Both the position numbers and the translations under genes were made by a program. This document shows positions 1 to 12,094 of a stretch of 64,000 nucleotides of DNA, one piece after another. Source of the DNA: Octopus vulgaris. Lineage: Eukaryota. Under the pieces are notes generated by a model. The model worked only from the letters and a program-made list of their open reading frames with translations. It was not told the origin of the DNA and did no database searches. Each line of letters starts with the position of its first letter. The first letter of the stretch is position 1. The stretch spans positions 45,880,001-45,944,000 of the forward strand of contig OX597825.1 in assembly GCA_951406725.2 (NCBI GenBank). Reading direction: 5' to 3'.

Positions 1-245
1 CTCTCAACACATGGCTATGATGCTTCCCAACTACTTCTGCTTGTGATCAGAGATGCACATATTATCAGCCACTAAGGGACATGCTCAACTGGTTAAGTTC
101 CAGCAACTGACAAGCAAATTTGTGGTATTGAGCAGAATATTTGCTGTAGCCCATCTTTTATACCAAGACAAAACAATGTACATTATCTTACAATCAGTTA
201 AGATCAGAAACCATGAGAGCCACTGCTTGGTACTGCGTCAGGGCA

Positions 246-290
<45 letters not shown>
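1..290 (+). repeat. Probable 3' end of an unclassified retroposon ending in an (ATT)n tail, followed by (TA)n
   Basis: Non-coding segment running into (ATT)n at ~246-290, the same tail type as the CR1 copies in this window. Family not identifiable. Confidence 0.3.
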
Positions 291-337
<47 letters not shown>

Positions 338-528
338 CCCTCATTGTTTGTTTTCTTGTTTGTTTTTATTTCTTGTACTATATTTTTTTGTAATTGTATT
401 TTTATTTTGTATTTTATTTAGTAATTTTATTTGCATCGTTTTTACGTCCTGTTTTTGTCCCATTTTTTTTCTTTCCTTGTTTTTACCCCTCTGCGAAGGA
501 ATTTTATTTAATTCTTTCGCAGGAAGGG

Positions 529-604
529 CTAGTTCGACGAGTTGTGTTCTGTCCTCACCTTCGAAACACGCATGGAGTCGTACTAGGGACAGCTGATGAA
601 GGGG
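529..604 (+). ncRNA. Putative non-circularly permuted hammerhead ribozyme, copy 1
   Basis: Stem III' TGTGT 543-547, H17 T548, stem I' CTGTCC 549-554. Stem II' CCTTC 558-562, GAA 563-565, stem III ACACG 566-570. Stem I GGACAG 587-592, CTGATGA 593-599, AGGGG 600-604. Confidence 0.7.
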
Positions 605-1312
605 AATTTTCCTTGTGTTGTTTGTCTTGTACTCTGTTTTTTCGTTGTTAAAATTAAGGTCCGTTTCCTCGTTTGTTTTTACGTTTTCGTTTCTCGTTGA
701 GTTCTACGTCTATTTGTGGTGTCCTGTACTCACGTATATATATTTAAATATGCATGTATATATACATGTAGATGTAGGTAGTACATATATGTATGTATGT
801 ATGCATATATTTTATTTATTACACTATTGTATGACTGAGCGCCCTCGCGTCGTTTCGTTTCGTTTCCTCCAAGTAAGTTTTTATATATAATTATGACGCG
901 AAACTCTATAACCCTTTGCTTGACCTTCCTTTCCTTCCTTGTCTTCCTCTCTCTCTCTCTCTCTCTCTCACTCCTCCTCATCTCTCTCACAGCCGCTTGT
1001 CTTCCTCTATTTCTCTCTCTCTCACAGCCGGGCGACTACTTCCTTTTGCTTGCGGCCTCCTAACAGTGAACACACTTTCTTCCTGCGCTCTTAAGAATCT
1101 TTTCTCGTCTAGGCCTAAAAGCCCTCATTGTTTGTTTTCTTGTTTGTTTTTATTTCTTGTACTGTATTTTTTTGTAATTGTGTTTTTATTTTTTATTTTA
1201 TTTTGTAATTTTATTTGTATCGTTTTTACGTCCTGTTTTTGTCACATTTTTTTTCTTTCCTTGTTTTTACCCCTCTGCGAAGGAATTTTATTTAATTCTT
1301 TCGCAGGAAGGG

Positions 1313-1388
1313 CTAGTTCGACGAGTCGTGTTCTGTCCTCACCTTCGAAATACGCATGGAGTCGTACTAGGGACAGCTGATGAAGGGG
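1313..1388 (+). ncRNA. Putative non-circularly permuted hammerhead ribozyme, copy 2
   Basis: CGTGT 1327-1331 pairs ATACG 1350-1354; T1332; CTGTCC 1333-1338 pairs GGACAG 1371-1376; CCTTC-GAA 1342-1349; CTGATGA-AGGGG 1377-1388. Confidence 0.7.
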
Positions 1389-1994
1389 AATTTTCCTTGT
1401 GTTGTTTGTCTTGTACTCTGTTTTTTCGTTGTTAAAATTAAGGTCCATTTCCATGTTTGCTTTTACGTTTTCGTTTCTCGTTAAGTTCTACGTCTATTTG
1501 TGGTGTCCTGTACTCACGTATATATATTTATATATGCATGTATATATACATGTAGATGTAGGTACGTACATATATGTATGTATGTATGCATATATTTTAT
1601 TTATTACACTATATATATATATATATGTAAAGTTTTTTCATGTAAACATATGATAAAATTCCTTTTTATTAATCTTAAATAATACTTTTCTCCGCACTTA
1701 TTTGGATTTTTAATAACATTTCCTTTTATTCTAATATCTTTTTTAAAATATCTCTATATATTAACCTATATATTTCTATGGAATTCGATTGCTCATCAAA
1801 TGCTCTGCACATCACTTTAGCTTACACTCTGTTGATATATATTTATTATTATGGTGTTCTTTCCTTCATGTACACCATCCAATAAAACAACTTGAAAAAA
1901 CAATTATGTATACTATTTTGCAGATATGTTCTCTACTAACGTATTAGTATACACTAAAGCTTTTTTTGCCAAATAAGATTTTTTTTATATGACA

Positions 1995-2875
1995 CTAGCT
2001 TAAGGTGACCCGCTCTACGCGTGGGTAAGAGTGGGGTTGTTACTTTCTGTTGCTTCCTTTCTGTTTTTTATCACCACATTCTCCCTCTTTGTTTCTCTCA
2101 CCTTTCTCTTTCACTTTCCCACTCTCTTACTCTTCCTTTCTCTCGGACTCTCCCTTGCTTTCTATTACTCTCTATCTCTCTCTCCCATTTGTAAACAACA
2201 AAAGATCTTGAGTAAGTCGAGAAAGTAAAATATTTTGAAAGATCACTCATAAATATCAGGCAGTGATAACGGAAAGGTCTGCTTCAAGGCAGACAGCAAA
2301 ACACTAACATTTAAAAGGGACAGACAAACTTGCGAGCTGAATAAAAATAAAAAAGTATTGGAAACCAAAGTTTGAAGGGATAGAACCTGAGGATAGTAGA
2401 GTCACCATGGCTGGCATTTCTTAACGACGGACAGCAACGTAGTGACAGTTAGACGGCTAGCGTAAAATTTTGAACTTGATCTAAAAGAAAATTCCTAAAC
2501 ACCAAGTTTTGACTTGATTCTTTCTCACGACAGTAGACTCACCATGACGAGCATTCAAAACTTCATCATGGACGGCAAGACATTAACGATTTAAAGGTTA
2601 GCGCAAATTTTTTAGCTTGATGTAACAGAAAATTCCTAAACACCTGCTCCTGTAAATTTTAATCCCCTTCCAGTCCCATTTAGACCCCTTTTCACATTTT
2701 AGTTAATATAACCCGATTTCATTCGGGTCTACTCAGGCCACATTTCATGAGATGAGGAATTTTGTCCTAGAGGTCACGCCTTTCAGTTGAGGAAAAAAAT
2801 AGTTGCCATGCAAACTCGCCAGCACTTTTTACATAGGTGTGCATATTTTCAGCTCAACCGACCAAATAATGCACA

Positions 2876-2930
<55 letters not shown>

Positions 2931-3038
2931 TATATACGCATTATATATATATGTGTGTGTGTGTTGTGTTATATATACAAATGTATACAAATAACACATC
3001 ACACACACAGTGTATATATATATGCTTTAAATATACAT

Positions 3039-3102
<64 letters not shown>

Positions 3103-3632
3103 GTATACACTTTGTATATATACATTATATATACATATTTATATATAGAACACACACACACATAAATTAACCCAATAAATATCTGATTCATAATATTTGT
3201 TCTCATGATTGTGTGATGATTGTGGCGATGATAATTCTCTCTATGAATGCAGATAGACGTAGAGATAGAGAGAGGATGTGAAAGAAAGAGTGACCGCGCT
3301 GGCGAATGCGGCGGGGGAAAGATAGTAGACGCTGTCAAACGACGTTATAGAGAGAATGTGAAAGGAAGGGAGGAAAGAGAGAGAGAGAGAGACGGAGGAA
3401 GAAAAGGTCATATATGAAAGAGAGAAAACTTGTCAAAGTGTGCGTTTTTTGGCCTAGTAACCACACCTTTTAAGATAGGGATTTCTAATCTAGTCCACTT
3501 CCATCCTCACCTCATTTTATATGTCCCTGTAAATTCTGGAGTCAATCCGACGGGATCTAGTGCCCTTTAACCCGTTCCAATGCCAAAACCAGACAAACAA
3601 ACTTTTTGCATTTCAGAATTATAATATAGAGA
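1995..3632 (-). mobile_element. Non-autonomous Helitron, array unit 1
   Basis: On the minus strand it starts TC (TCTCTATATTATAATTCTG) and ends in a GC hairpin ~10 nt before CTAG. Left flank is A1994; no TSD. Confidence 0.8.
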
Positions 3633-5753
3633 CTAGCTTAAGGTGACCCGCTCTACGCTCGGTTGTTTTGGTTGTTGGACCAATGTATTAATGTAGCATT
3701 GCTTTATTGTTTTAAAACGAAAGAGGCAATGCGTTTTTTTTTCTAAAAAAAAAAGACAAACGTCCGCCAATGGGAAGACAGTTCGTATTCGATTAGAGCA
3801 CTCTGGGTATAATCATAAAATTGAAAAATGGAATTTCGGAGGCGAATATTGTCGAGGACTCTAAAAAACAAATGTTTTTTAACCTGCAAGAAGATAGTTT
3901 AAACCAAAAAAGGCAGACTGTAAACTCACATCTGCAATAGTGTATGAAATTAGAATTCACACCCAGCTCAGTTTTGTAGAAAGAGTATCGCGACGTGAAC
4001 GCATGAGTTGAGAGTTTGACTGACAGACGTTATATGGTGACACATGCCAGTCCTTTCGACACCACCTAAACAATGGAACAGTGTATAAAATGTAATTAAC
4101 AACTCATTCACTTTATGAATGTCTTATGTTGGCGAAGAAACAATAACTTGACAAAACCGTTCAATGGAGACGTAGAAGGAATCGGAAAATGAGGAATAAA
4201 GAAACGAATGAGTTGGATCAAATGTTTGCAAACATTTTAACCCAATCTTCTTTATGAACCATGTTCTTTATAATGTCTTTATTTTCAAGAATGAAGAGAT
4301 AATCAAGACGTGCAGAAGAAACGACAATCATACAGTGAGAGGGGTGGTGGAAGAAAAAGCAACAGACTCTATCAAACGACGTTATAGAGAGAACGTGAAA
4401 GGAAGGGAGGAAAGAGAGAGAGACGGAGGAAGAAAAGGTCATATATGAAAGAGAGAAGACTTGTCAAAGTGTGCGTTTTTTTGCCCTAGTAACCACACCT
4501 TTTAAGATAGAGATTTCTAACCTAGCCCACTCACATCCTCACCTCATTTTACATGTCCCTGTAAATTTTGGAAGAAAGAGTAAGAGACGGCGAAGCTGTC
4601 AAACGTAGTTATAGAAAGAAATTGGAGGGAAGGAGGAAAAGAGAGAGATCGAGGAAGAAAAGGTGATATATGAAAGAGAGGACTGAAAAATAAAATATTT
4701 TGAAACCTAAAGATGATTTGGTTTACAATGAGAAAACGAATGAAATAATTAAGAAGTAAATATTTCAAAACTGGAAAATTTTTCAAATTTACCGACAAAT
4801 TTTTGTTAACGATGGTCGCCTTGAACATACAAATAAATTCTTTAAAAGGGTATAATGTTTCTTAGCACAGAAAATTTTTTATCCACGCAAAATAATAACA
4901 TATCTTCTGATAAATAATATCTGTTATAATTATGCGGTGGTGGTGGGAGATAATAATTCACCTTTTTGAAAGACCTGTGGTGGGAATATTTAAACTTTTG
5001 TGGTTGTCACGTTTCGTCGGTATAGATTCAAACAGAAATACATTGAGAGACGTGTTGGAGAAGAAAGAGAGACGGCAGAGGTGTCAAACGTCGTTATATA
5101 GAGAGAAATTGGAGGGAAGGGGGAAGAGATCGAGAGAGATCGAGGAAGAAAAGGTGATATATGAAAGAGAGAACTGAAAAATGAAATATTTTGAAACCTA
5201 AAGATAATTTGTTTTAAGAGAAAGATTCTTATGATTGTGTGGTGGTAGTGGTGGCGGTGGTTGTGGCGAGGATAATTCTCTCTATGAATGCAGACAGACG
5301 TAGAGAGAGAGAGAGAGTGACAGCGCTGGTGAAGGTGGCGGAGGAAAGATAGTAGACGCTATCAATCGACGTTATAGAGAGAATGTGAAAGGAAGGGTGG
5401 AAAGAGAGAGAGAGATGGAGGAAGACAGGCAGATAATAGAATGCGATAGCGGCGGGGGAAAGATAATAGACGCTGTGAAACGACGTTATAGAGAGAAGGT
5501 GAAAGGAAGGGAGGAAAGAGAATGAGAGATGGAGAAAGACAGATACATAAAAGAATGAGAGTAGACTTGTCAAAGTGTGCGTTTTTGACCCTAGCAACAC
5601 CTTTTAAGATGGGGATTTCTAACCTAGCCCACTCGCATCCTCACCTCATATAAATTTTGGAGTCAATCCGATGGGATCTAGTGCCCTGTAACCCGTTCTA
5701 ATGCCAAAACAAGACAAGCAAACTTTTTGAATTTCAGAATTATAATATAGAGA
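3633..5753 (-). mobile_element. Non-autonomous Helitron, array unit 2 (different interior)
   Basis: Same termini as unit 1. Interior from ~3665 is replaced by other sequence plus partial duplications of the element's own 5' region. Confidence 0.75.
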
Positions 5754-6647
5754 CTAGCTTAAGGTGACCCGCTCTACGCTCGGGTTGTGGTTACTTTCTG
5801 TTGCATCCTTTCTGATTTTTATCACCACATTCTCCCTCTTTGTTTCTCTCTCCTTTCTCTCTCACTTTCCCACTCTCTTACTCTTCCTTTCTCTCGGACT
5901 CTCCCTTGCTTTCTCTAACTCTCTATCTTTCTCTATCTATCTCTCTCCCATTTATAAACAAGAAAAGATCTTGAGTAAGTTGAGAAAGTAAAATATTTTG
6001 AAAGGTCACTCATAAATATCAGGCAGTGACAACGGAAAGGTCTGCTTCAAGGCAGACAGCAAAACACTAACATTTAAAAGGGACAGACGAACTTGCGAGC
6101 TGAATAAAAATTAAAAAAAATATTGGAAACCAAAGTTTGAAGGGATAGAATCTGAGGATAGTAGAGTCACCATGGCTGGCATTTCTTAACGACGGACAGT
6201 AACGTAGTGGCAGTTTAACGGCTGGCGTAAAATTTTGAACTTGATGTAAAAGAAAATTCCTAAACACCAAGTTTTGAAGTGATTCTTTCTCACGACAGTA
6301 GATCCACCATAGCAAGCATTCAAAACTTGTTCATCATGGACGGTAACATACTGACGATTTAAAGGCTGGCGCAAATTATTTAGCTTGATGTAACAGAGAA
6401 TTCCTAAACACCTGCTCCTGTAAATTTGAATCCCCTTCCAGCCCCATTTAGACCCCTTTTCACATTTTGGTTAATATAGCCCGATTTCATTCGGGTCAAC
6501 TCGGGTCACATTTTATAAGATGAGGAATTTTGTCCTAGAGGTCACGCCTTTCATTTGAGGAAAAAAATAATTGCCATGCAAACTCACCAGCACTTTTGAC
6601 ATAGGTGTGCATATTTTCAGCTCAACCGACCACATAATGCACACATA

Positions 6648-6714
<67 letters not shown>

Positions 6715-6806
6715 TGTGTGTGTGTGTGTTTGTGTATGTGTGTGAGTGTGTGTGTGCGTGTGTGTACGCATTATATATATAAATGTATACAAATTATATA
6801 CATATA

Positions 6807-6878
<72 letters not shown>

Positions 6879-7595
6879 CAGATATATACACTTTGTATAT
6901 ATACATTATATATACATATTTACATATAGAACACGCACACACACAAATTAACCCAATGAATATCTGATTCATAATATTTGTTCTCATGATTGTGTGATGA
7001 TGGTGGCAATGATAATTCTCTCTATGAATGCTGACAGGCACAGAGAGAGGGAGTGACAGCGCTATCGAAGGCGACGGGGGAAGATAGTAGAATTTCCCTC
7101 GCTTTCTCTTCCTCTCTATCTTTCTCTATCTATCTCTCTCCCATTTATAAACAACAAAAGTTCTTGAGTAAGTTGAGAAAGAAAATATTTTTACGCTTTT
7201 TAAACCCTTCGTCGTTATTCTCATTCACTCATTATTACTTTCTCCCATCCTTTCACTTTCTCTCTATAACGTTATAGAGAGAAAGTGAAGGGAAGGGATG
7301 TAGACGCTGTGAAACGACGTTATAAATAGAAAGTGAAAGGAAGGGAGGAAAGAGAGTGAGAGATGGAAGAAGACAGACACATAAAAGAATGAGAGTAGAC
7401 TGGTCAAAGTGTGCGTTTTTGGCCCTAGCAACGTCACCTTTTAAGATGGGGAATTCTAACCTGGCCCACTCGCATCCTCACTTCATTTTACATGTCCCTG
7501 TAAATTATGGAGTCAATCCGACGGGATCTAGTGGCCTTTAACCCGTTCTCAATGCCAAAAACCAGACAAAAAACATTTTGCATTTCAGAATTATA
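5754..7595 (-). mobile_element. Non-autonomous Helitron, array unit 3 (its terminal 9 bp displaced to 9715-9723)
   Basis: Same 3' hairpin/CTAG end. The other end stops at ...gaattata and lacks atatagaga. Confidence 0.75.
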
Positions 7596-8780
7596 CTAGC
7601 TTAAGGTGACCCGCTCTACGCACGGGTAAGAGTGTGGTTGTTACTTTCTGTTGCTTCCTTTCGGCACGTAAAAAGCACCATCCGAACGTGGCCGATGGCA
7701 GCGCCGCCTTGACTTGCTTCTGTGTCGGTGGCACATAAAGAGCACCAACTGATCGTGGCCGCTGCCAGCCTCTCTGATCCCTGTGCCAATGGCACGTAAA
7801 AAGCACCCACTACACTCACGGAGTGGTTGGCGTTAGGAAGGGCATCCAGCTGTAGAAAGACTGCAAGATCAGACTGGAGCCTGGTGCAGCCTCCTGGCTT
7901 CCCAGACCCCGGTCAAACCGTCCAACGCGTGTTAGCACGGAAAACGGACGTTAAACGATGATGATGATGATGATTCTCCCTCTTTGTTTCTATCTCCTGT
8001 CTCTCTCACTTTCCCACTCTCTTACTCTTCTTTCTCTCGGAGTCTCCCTCGCTTTCTCTTACTCTCTATCTTTATCTATCTCTCTCCCATTTATGAACAA
8101 CAAAAGATCTTGAGTAAGTTGAGAAAGTAAAATATTTTGAAAGATCACTCATAAATATCAGGCAGTGACAACGGAAAGGTCTGCTTCAAGGCAGACAGCT
8201 AAACACTAACATTTAAAAGGGACAGACGAACTTGCGAGCTGAATAAAAATAAAAAAGTATTGGAAACCAAAGTTTGAAGGGATAGAATCTGAGGATAGTA
8301 GAGTCACCATGGCTGGCATTTCTTAACGACGGACAGCAACGTAGTGACAGTTTAACGGCTGGCGTAAAATTTTGAACTTGATGTAAAAGAAAATTCCTAA
8401 AAATTAAGTTTTGAAGTGATTCTTTCTCACGACAGTAGACTCACCATGACAAGCATTCAAAACTTGTTCATCATGGACGGCAACACTTTGACGATTTAAA
8501 GGCTGGCGCAAATTATTTAGCTTGATGTAACAGAGAATTCCTAAACACCTGCTCCTGTAAATTTTAATCCCCTTCCAACCCCATTTAGACCCCTTTTCAC
8601 ATTTTGGTTAATATAACCCGATTTCATTCGGGTCTACTCGGGCCACATTTTATAAGATGAGCAATTTTGTCCAAGAGGTCACGCTATCATTTGAGGAAAA
8701 AAATAGTTGCCATGCAAACTCGCCAGCACTTTTAACATAGGTGTGCATATTTTCAGCTCAACCGACCACATAAGGCACAC

Positions 8781-8855
<75 letters not shown>

Positions 8856-9714
8856 GCATTATATATATATGTGTATGTGTGTGTACGCATTATATATATA
8901 CAAATGTATACAAATTATATATATATATAAATTAGAGATAAAACCATTGGGCAAATCAAACAGTGAAAAACATAAACCAAAACATAAAAATAAAAATATA
9001 ATATACGAAATATATAAAATATAAAATTTTAAAATTTAAATTATTTAAATTTAAAATTAAAATTATTAATATATATTTATAATTTAAAAAAATATATATA
9101 TAACTATCAAAAAGTATTAAAAAGTTTAATATACATAAATACAGATGTATTCACTTTGTATATATACATTATATATACGTTTATATATGTAGAACGCACA
9201 TACACACACACATATAAATTAACCCAATAAATATCTGATTCATAATATTTGTTCTCATGATTGTGTGGTTGTGGTGGCGATGATAATTCTCTCTATGAAT
9301 GCAGACAGACGTAGAGAGAGTGTGAAAGCGCTGTCGAAGGTGGGTAGGGGGAGATATAGGATGCTGTGAAACGACGTTATAAAGACAAAGTTGAGGGAAG
9401 GGAGGTAGACGCTGTGAAACGATGTTATAGATAGAAATTGATGGGAAGGGAGGAAAGAGAGTGAGTGATGGAGGAAGACAGATACATAAAAGAATGCGAG
9501 TATACTTGTCAAAGTGCGTTTTTTGCGCTAGTAACGACACCTTTTAAGATAGGGATTTCTAACCTAGCCTACTCGCATCATCACCTCATTTTACATGTCC
9601 CTGTAAATTTTGGAGTCAATCCGACGTGATCTAGTGGCCTTTAACCCGTTCTCAATGCCAAAACCAGACAAACAAACAAAAAACTTTTCGCATTTCAGAA
9701 TTATAATATAGAGA
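7596..9714 (-). mobile_element. Non-autonomous Helitron, array unit 4
   Basis: Both termini present; carries a retroposon insertion at 7663-7973. Confidence 0.8.
7663..7973 (+). mobile_element. RTE-related 3'-end retroposon/SINE with (GAT)n tail inserted in Helitron unit 4
   Basis: Absent from the sister units and replaces ~17 bp of target. Ends ggacgttaaacgatgatgatga, like the RTE 3' ends at ~51855 and ~58529. Confidence 0.7.
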
Positions 9715-9723
9715 ATACAGAGA

Positions 9724-10604
9724 CTAGCTTAAGGTGACCCGCTCTACGCGCGGGTAAGAGTGGGGTTGTTACTTTCTGTTGCATCCTTTCTGTTTTTTAT
9801 CACCACATTCTCCCTCTTTGTTTCTCTCTCCTTTCTCTCTCACTTTCCCACTCTCTTATTCTTCCTTTCTCTCGGACTCTCCCTTGCTTTCTCTAACTCT
9901 CTATCTTTCTCTATTTCTCTCTCTCCCATTTATAAACAACAAAAGATCTTGAGTAAGTTGAGAAAGTAAAATATTTTGAAAGATCAATCATAAATATCAG
10001 GCAGTGACAACGGAAAGGTCTGCAAGACAGACAGCAAAACACTAACATTTAAAAGGGACAAACGAACTTGCGAGCTGAATAAAAAAAAATATTGGAAACC
10101 AAAGTTTGAAGGGATAGAATCTGAGGATAGTAGTGTTACCATGGCTAGCATTTCTTAACGACGGACAGTAACGTAATGACAGTTAAACGGCTGGCGTAAA
10201 ATTTTGAACTTGATGTAAAAGAAAATTCCTAAACACCAAGTTTTGAAGTGATTCTTTCTCACGACAGTAGACTCACCATGACAAGCATTCAAAACTTGTT
10301 CATAATGGACGGCAACACATTGACGATTTCTGGCGCAAATCTTTTAGCTTGATGTAACAGAGAATTCCTAAAAACCTGCTCCTGTAAATTTTAATCTCCT
10401 TCCAACCCCATTTAGACCCCTTTTCACATTTTGGTTAATATAACCAGATTTCGTTCGGGTCTACTCGGGCCACATTTTATAAGATGAGCAATTTTGTCCT
10501 ACAGGTCACGCCTTTCATTTGAAGAAAAAGTTGGCATGCAAACTCACCAGCACTTTTAACATAGGTGTGCATATTTTCAGCTAAACCGACCAAATAATAC
10601 ACAC

Positions 10605-10654
<50 letters not shown>

Positions 10655-11048
10655 TATATACACTTTGTATATATACATATATATATGTAGAACACACACA
10701 TATATGAATTAACCCAATAAATATCTGATTCATATTTGTTCTCATGATTGTGTGGTGATGATAATTCTCTCTACGAATGCAGACAGACGTAGAGAGAGTG
10801 TGAAAGCACTGTTGAAGGCGGTGGGGTAGGACGCTGTGAAACGATGTTATGGAGAGAAAGTGAAGGGAAGGGAGGTAGAGGCTGTGAAACGATGTTATAG
10901 AGAGAATGTGAAGGGAAGGGAGGAAAGAGAGTGAGAGATATGTCCCTGTAAATTTTGGAGTCAATCCGACGGGATCTAGTGGCCTTTAACCCGTTCTCAA
11001 TGCCAAAACCAGACAAACTTTTTGCATTTCAGAATTATAATATAGAGA
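9724..11048 (-). mobile_element. Non-autonomous Helitron, array unit 5
   Basis: Both termini present. Right flank is T11049, so the whole array sits in an A|T target. Confidence 0.8.
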
Positions 11049-11206
11049 TTATATATGAATTAGTTTGTATATTTTTTACACTTATGTGCCTCCACTACTC
11101 CTAATTTTTTTCTTATATTCATAATGCACAATATCTTTCTATTAATTGAATACTTTATGCCAAGGTAGCTTCTTAACTCATACTTTTATTTATACCTATA
11201 CCTAGT

Positions 11207-11261
<55 letters not shown>

Positions 11262-12094
11262 TATATTGATACTTATAATTTAAAATTTTTTCTACCTTTC
11301 TTTACCAGCTATATTATCTCTCCAACATTGTTATTTTCAGTTTACTGCATCTAATTAAACCTCTGAACATTCTTTTTAATATTTATAATCACAGCAAGTA
11401 CTTACTATCTAAATCTGTAATATTATTTTTTATTTTTTTACCTTGTATTTAATACATACAAATGAATATTAGTTCTTACACTTATACAACTCCATTTTAT
11501 GTACTCTTTAAGCATTTCTACTCCTTAATACTTGTTTTTGTTGCATCCTAGCAGCCACCTATATACTTCATTCACTAGTTTAATTTCATTCCCACAATTT
11601 TTTAAAATACACACCATACCTAATATTGTTTATAACTGTTAATTCATATCCTAATTCAAACATAACTATGCTTTTACATTGGACATTTCTATTAAACTTC
11701 CTTACATCCATGACTTATTTGGAGTTTGAATTACTTATCTACTTATGCTTCTATAGAGGGAACATCTCATAAAACCTTTTGCACTTATATTTTCAAATAA
11801 CCATTAGTTGCCTTAGTTTTATTTTATACACAACTAGACTCACATTCTTTATTATGATGCTCATATTTTTCACAAAGATAAATATGAATATCCCAAATTA
11901 TTCTCTGCTATTTTCTTTATCAAGTCCACTGTAATAATAATTTTGTGTTTACACTTCTTGCACTGAAGAGAACAGTGATATATAATTAATTTAATTTAAT
12001 CAAATGAATTTAATTATTCTATCATGAATTTGCATGTCTTAATATCGCTGTTTGAAATGATCGTATGCATGAATTAAAATTCTATAAAATTATA

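Larger units (their letters stand above)
337..1612 (+). mobile_element. Partial tandem repeat (~1.6 units, 784-bp period) bounded by (TA)n; Penelope pseudo-LTR/retrozyme-like, each unit carrying a hammerhead-like motif
   Basis: 337-827 and 1121-1612 are near-identical direct repeats (offset 784) with a unique spacer at ~828-1120. Non-coding. Related element at ~62830-63330. Confidence 0.7.

Noticed and set aside
53-990. ORFs rich in Y/I/C/V or F/L (and many similar ones across the window)
   Set aside because: Translations of (TA)n, (ATT)n, (TG)n, (GA)n and T-rich repeat sequence; no protein motifs.
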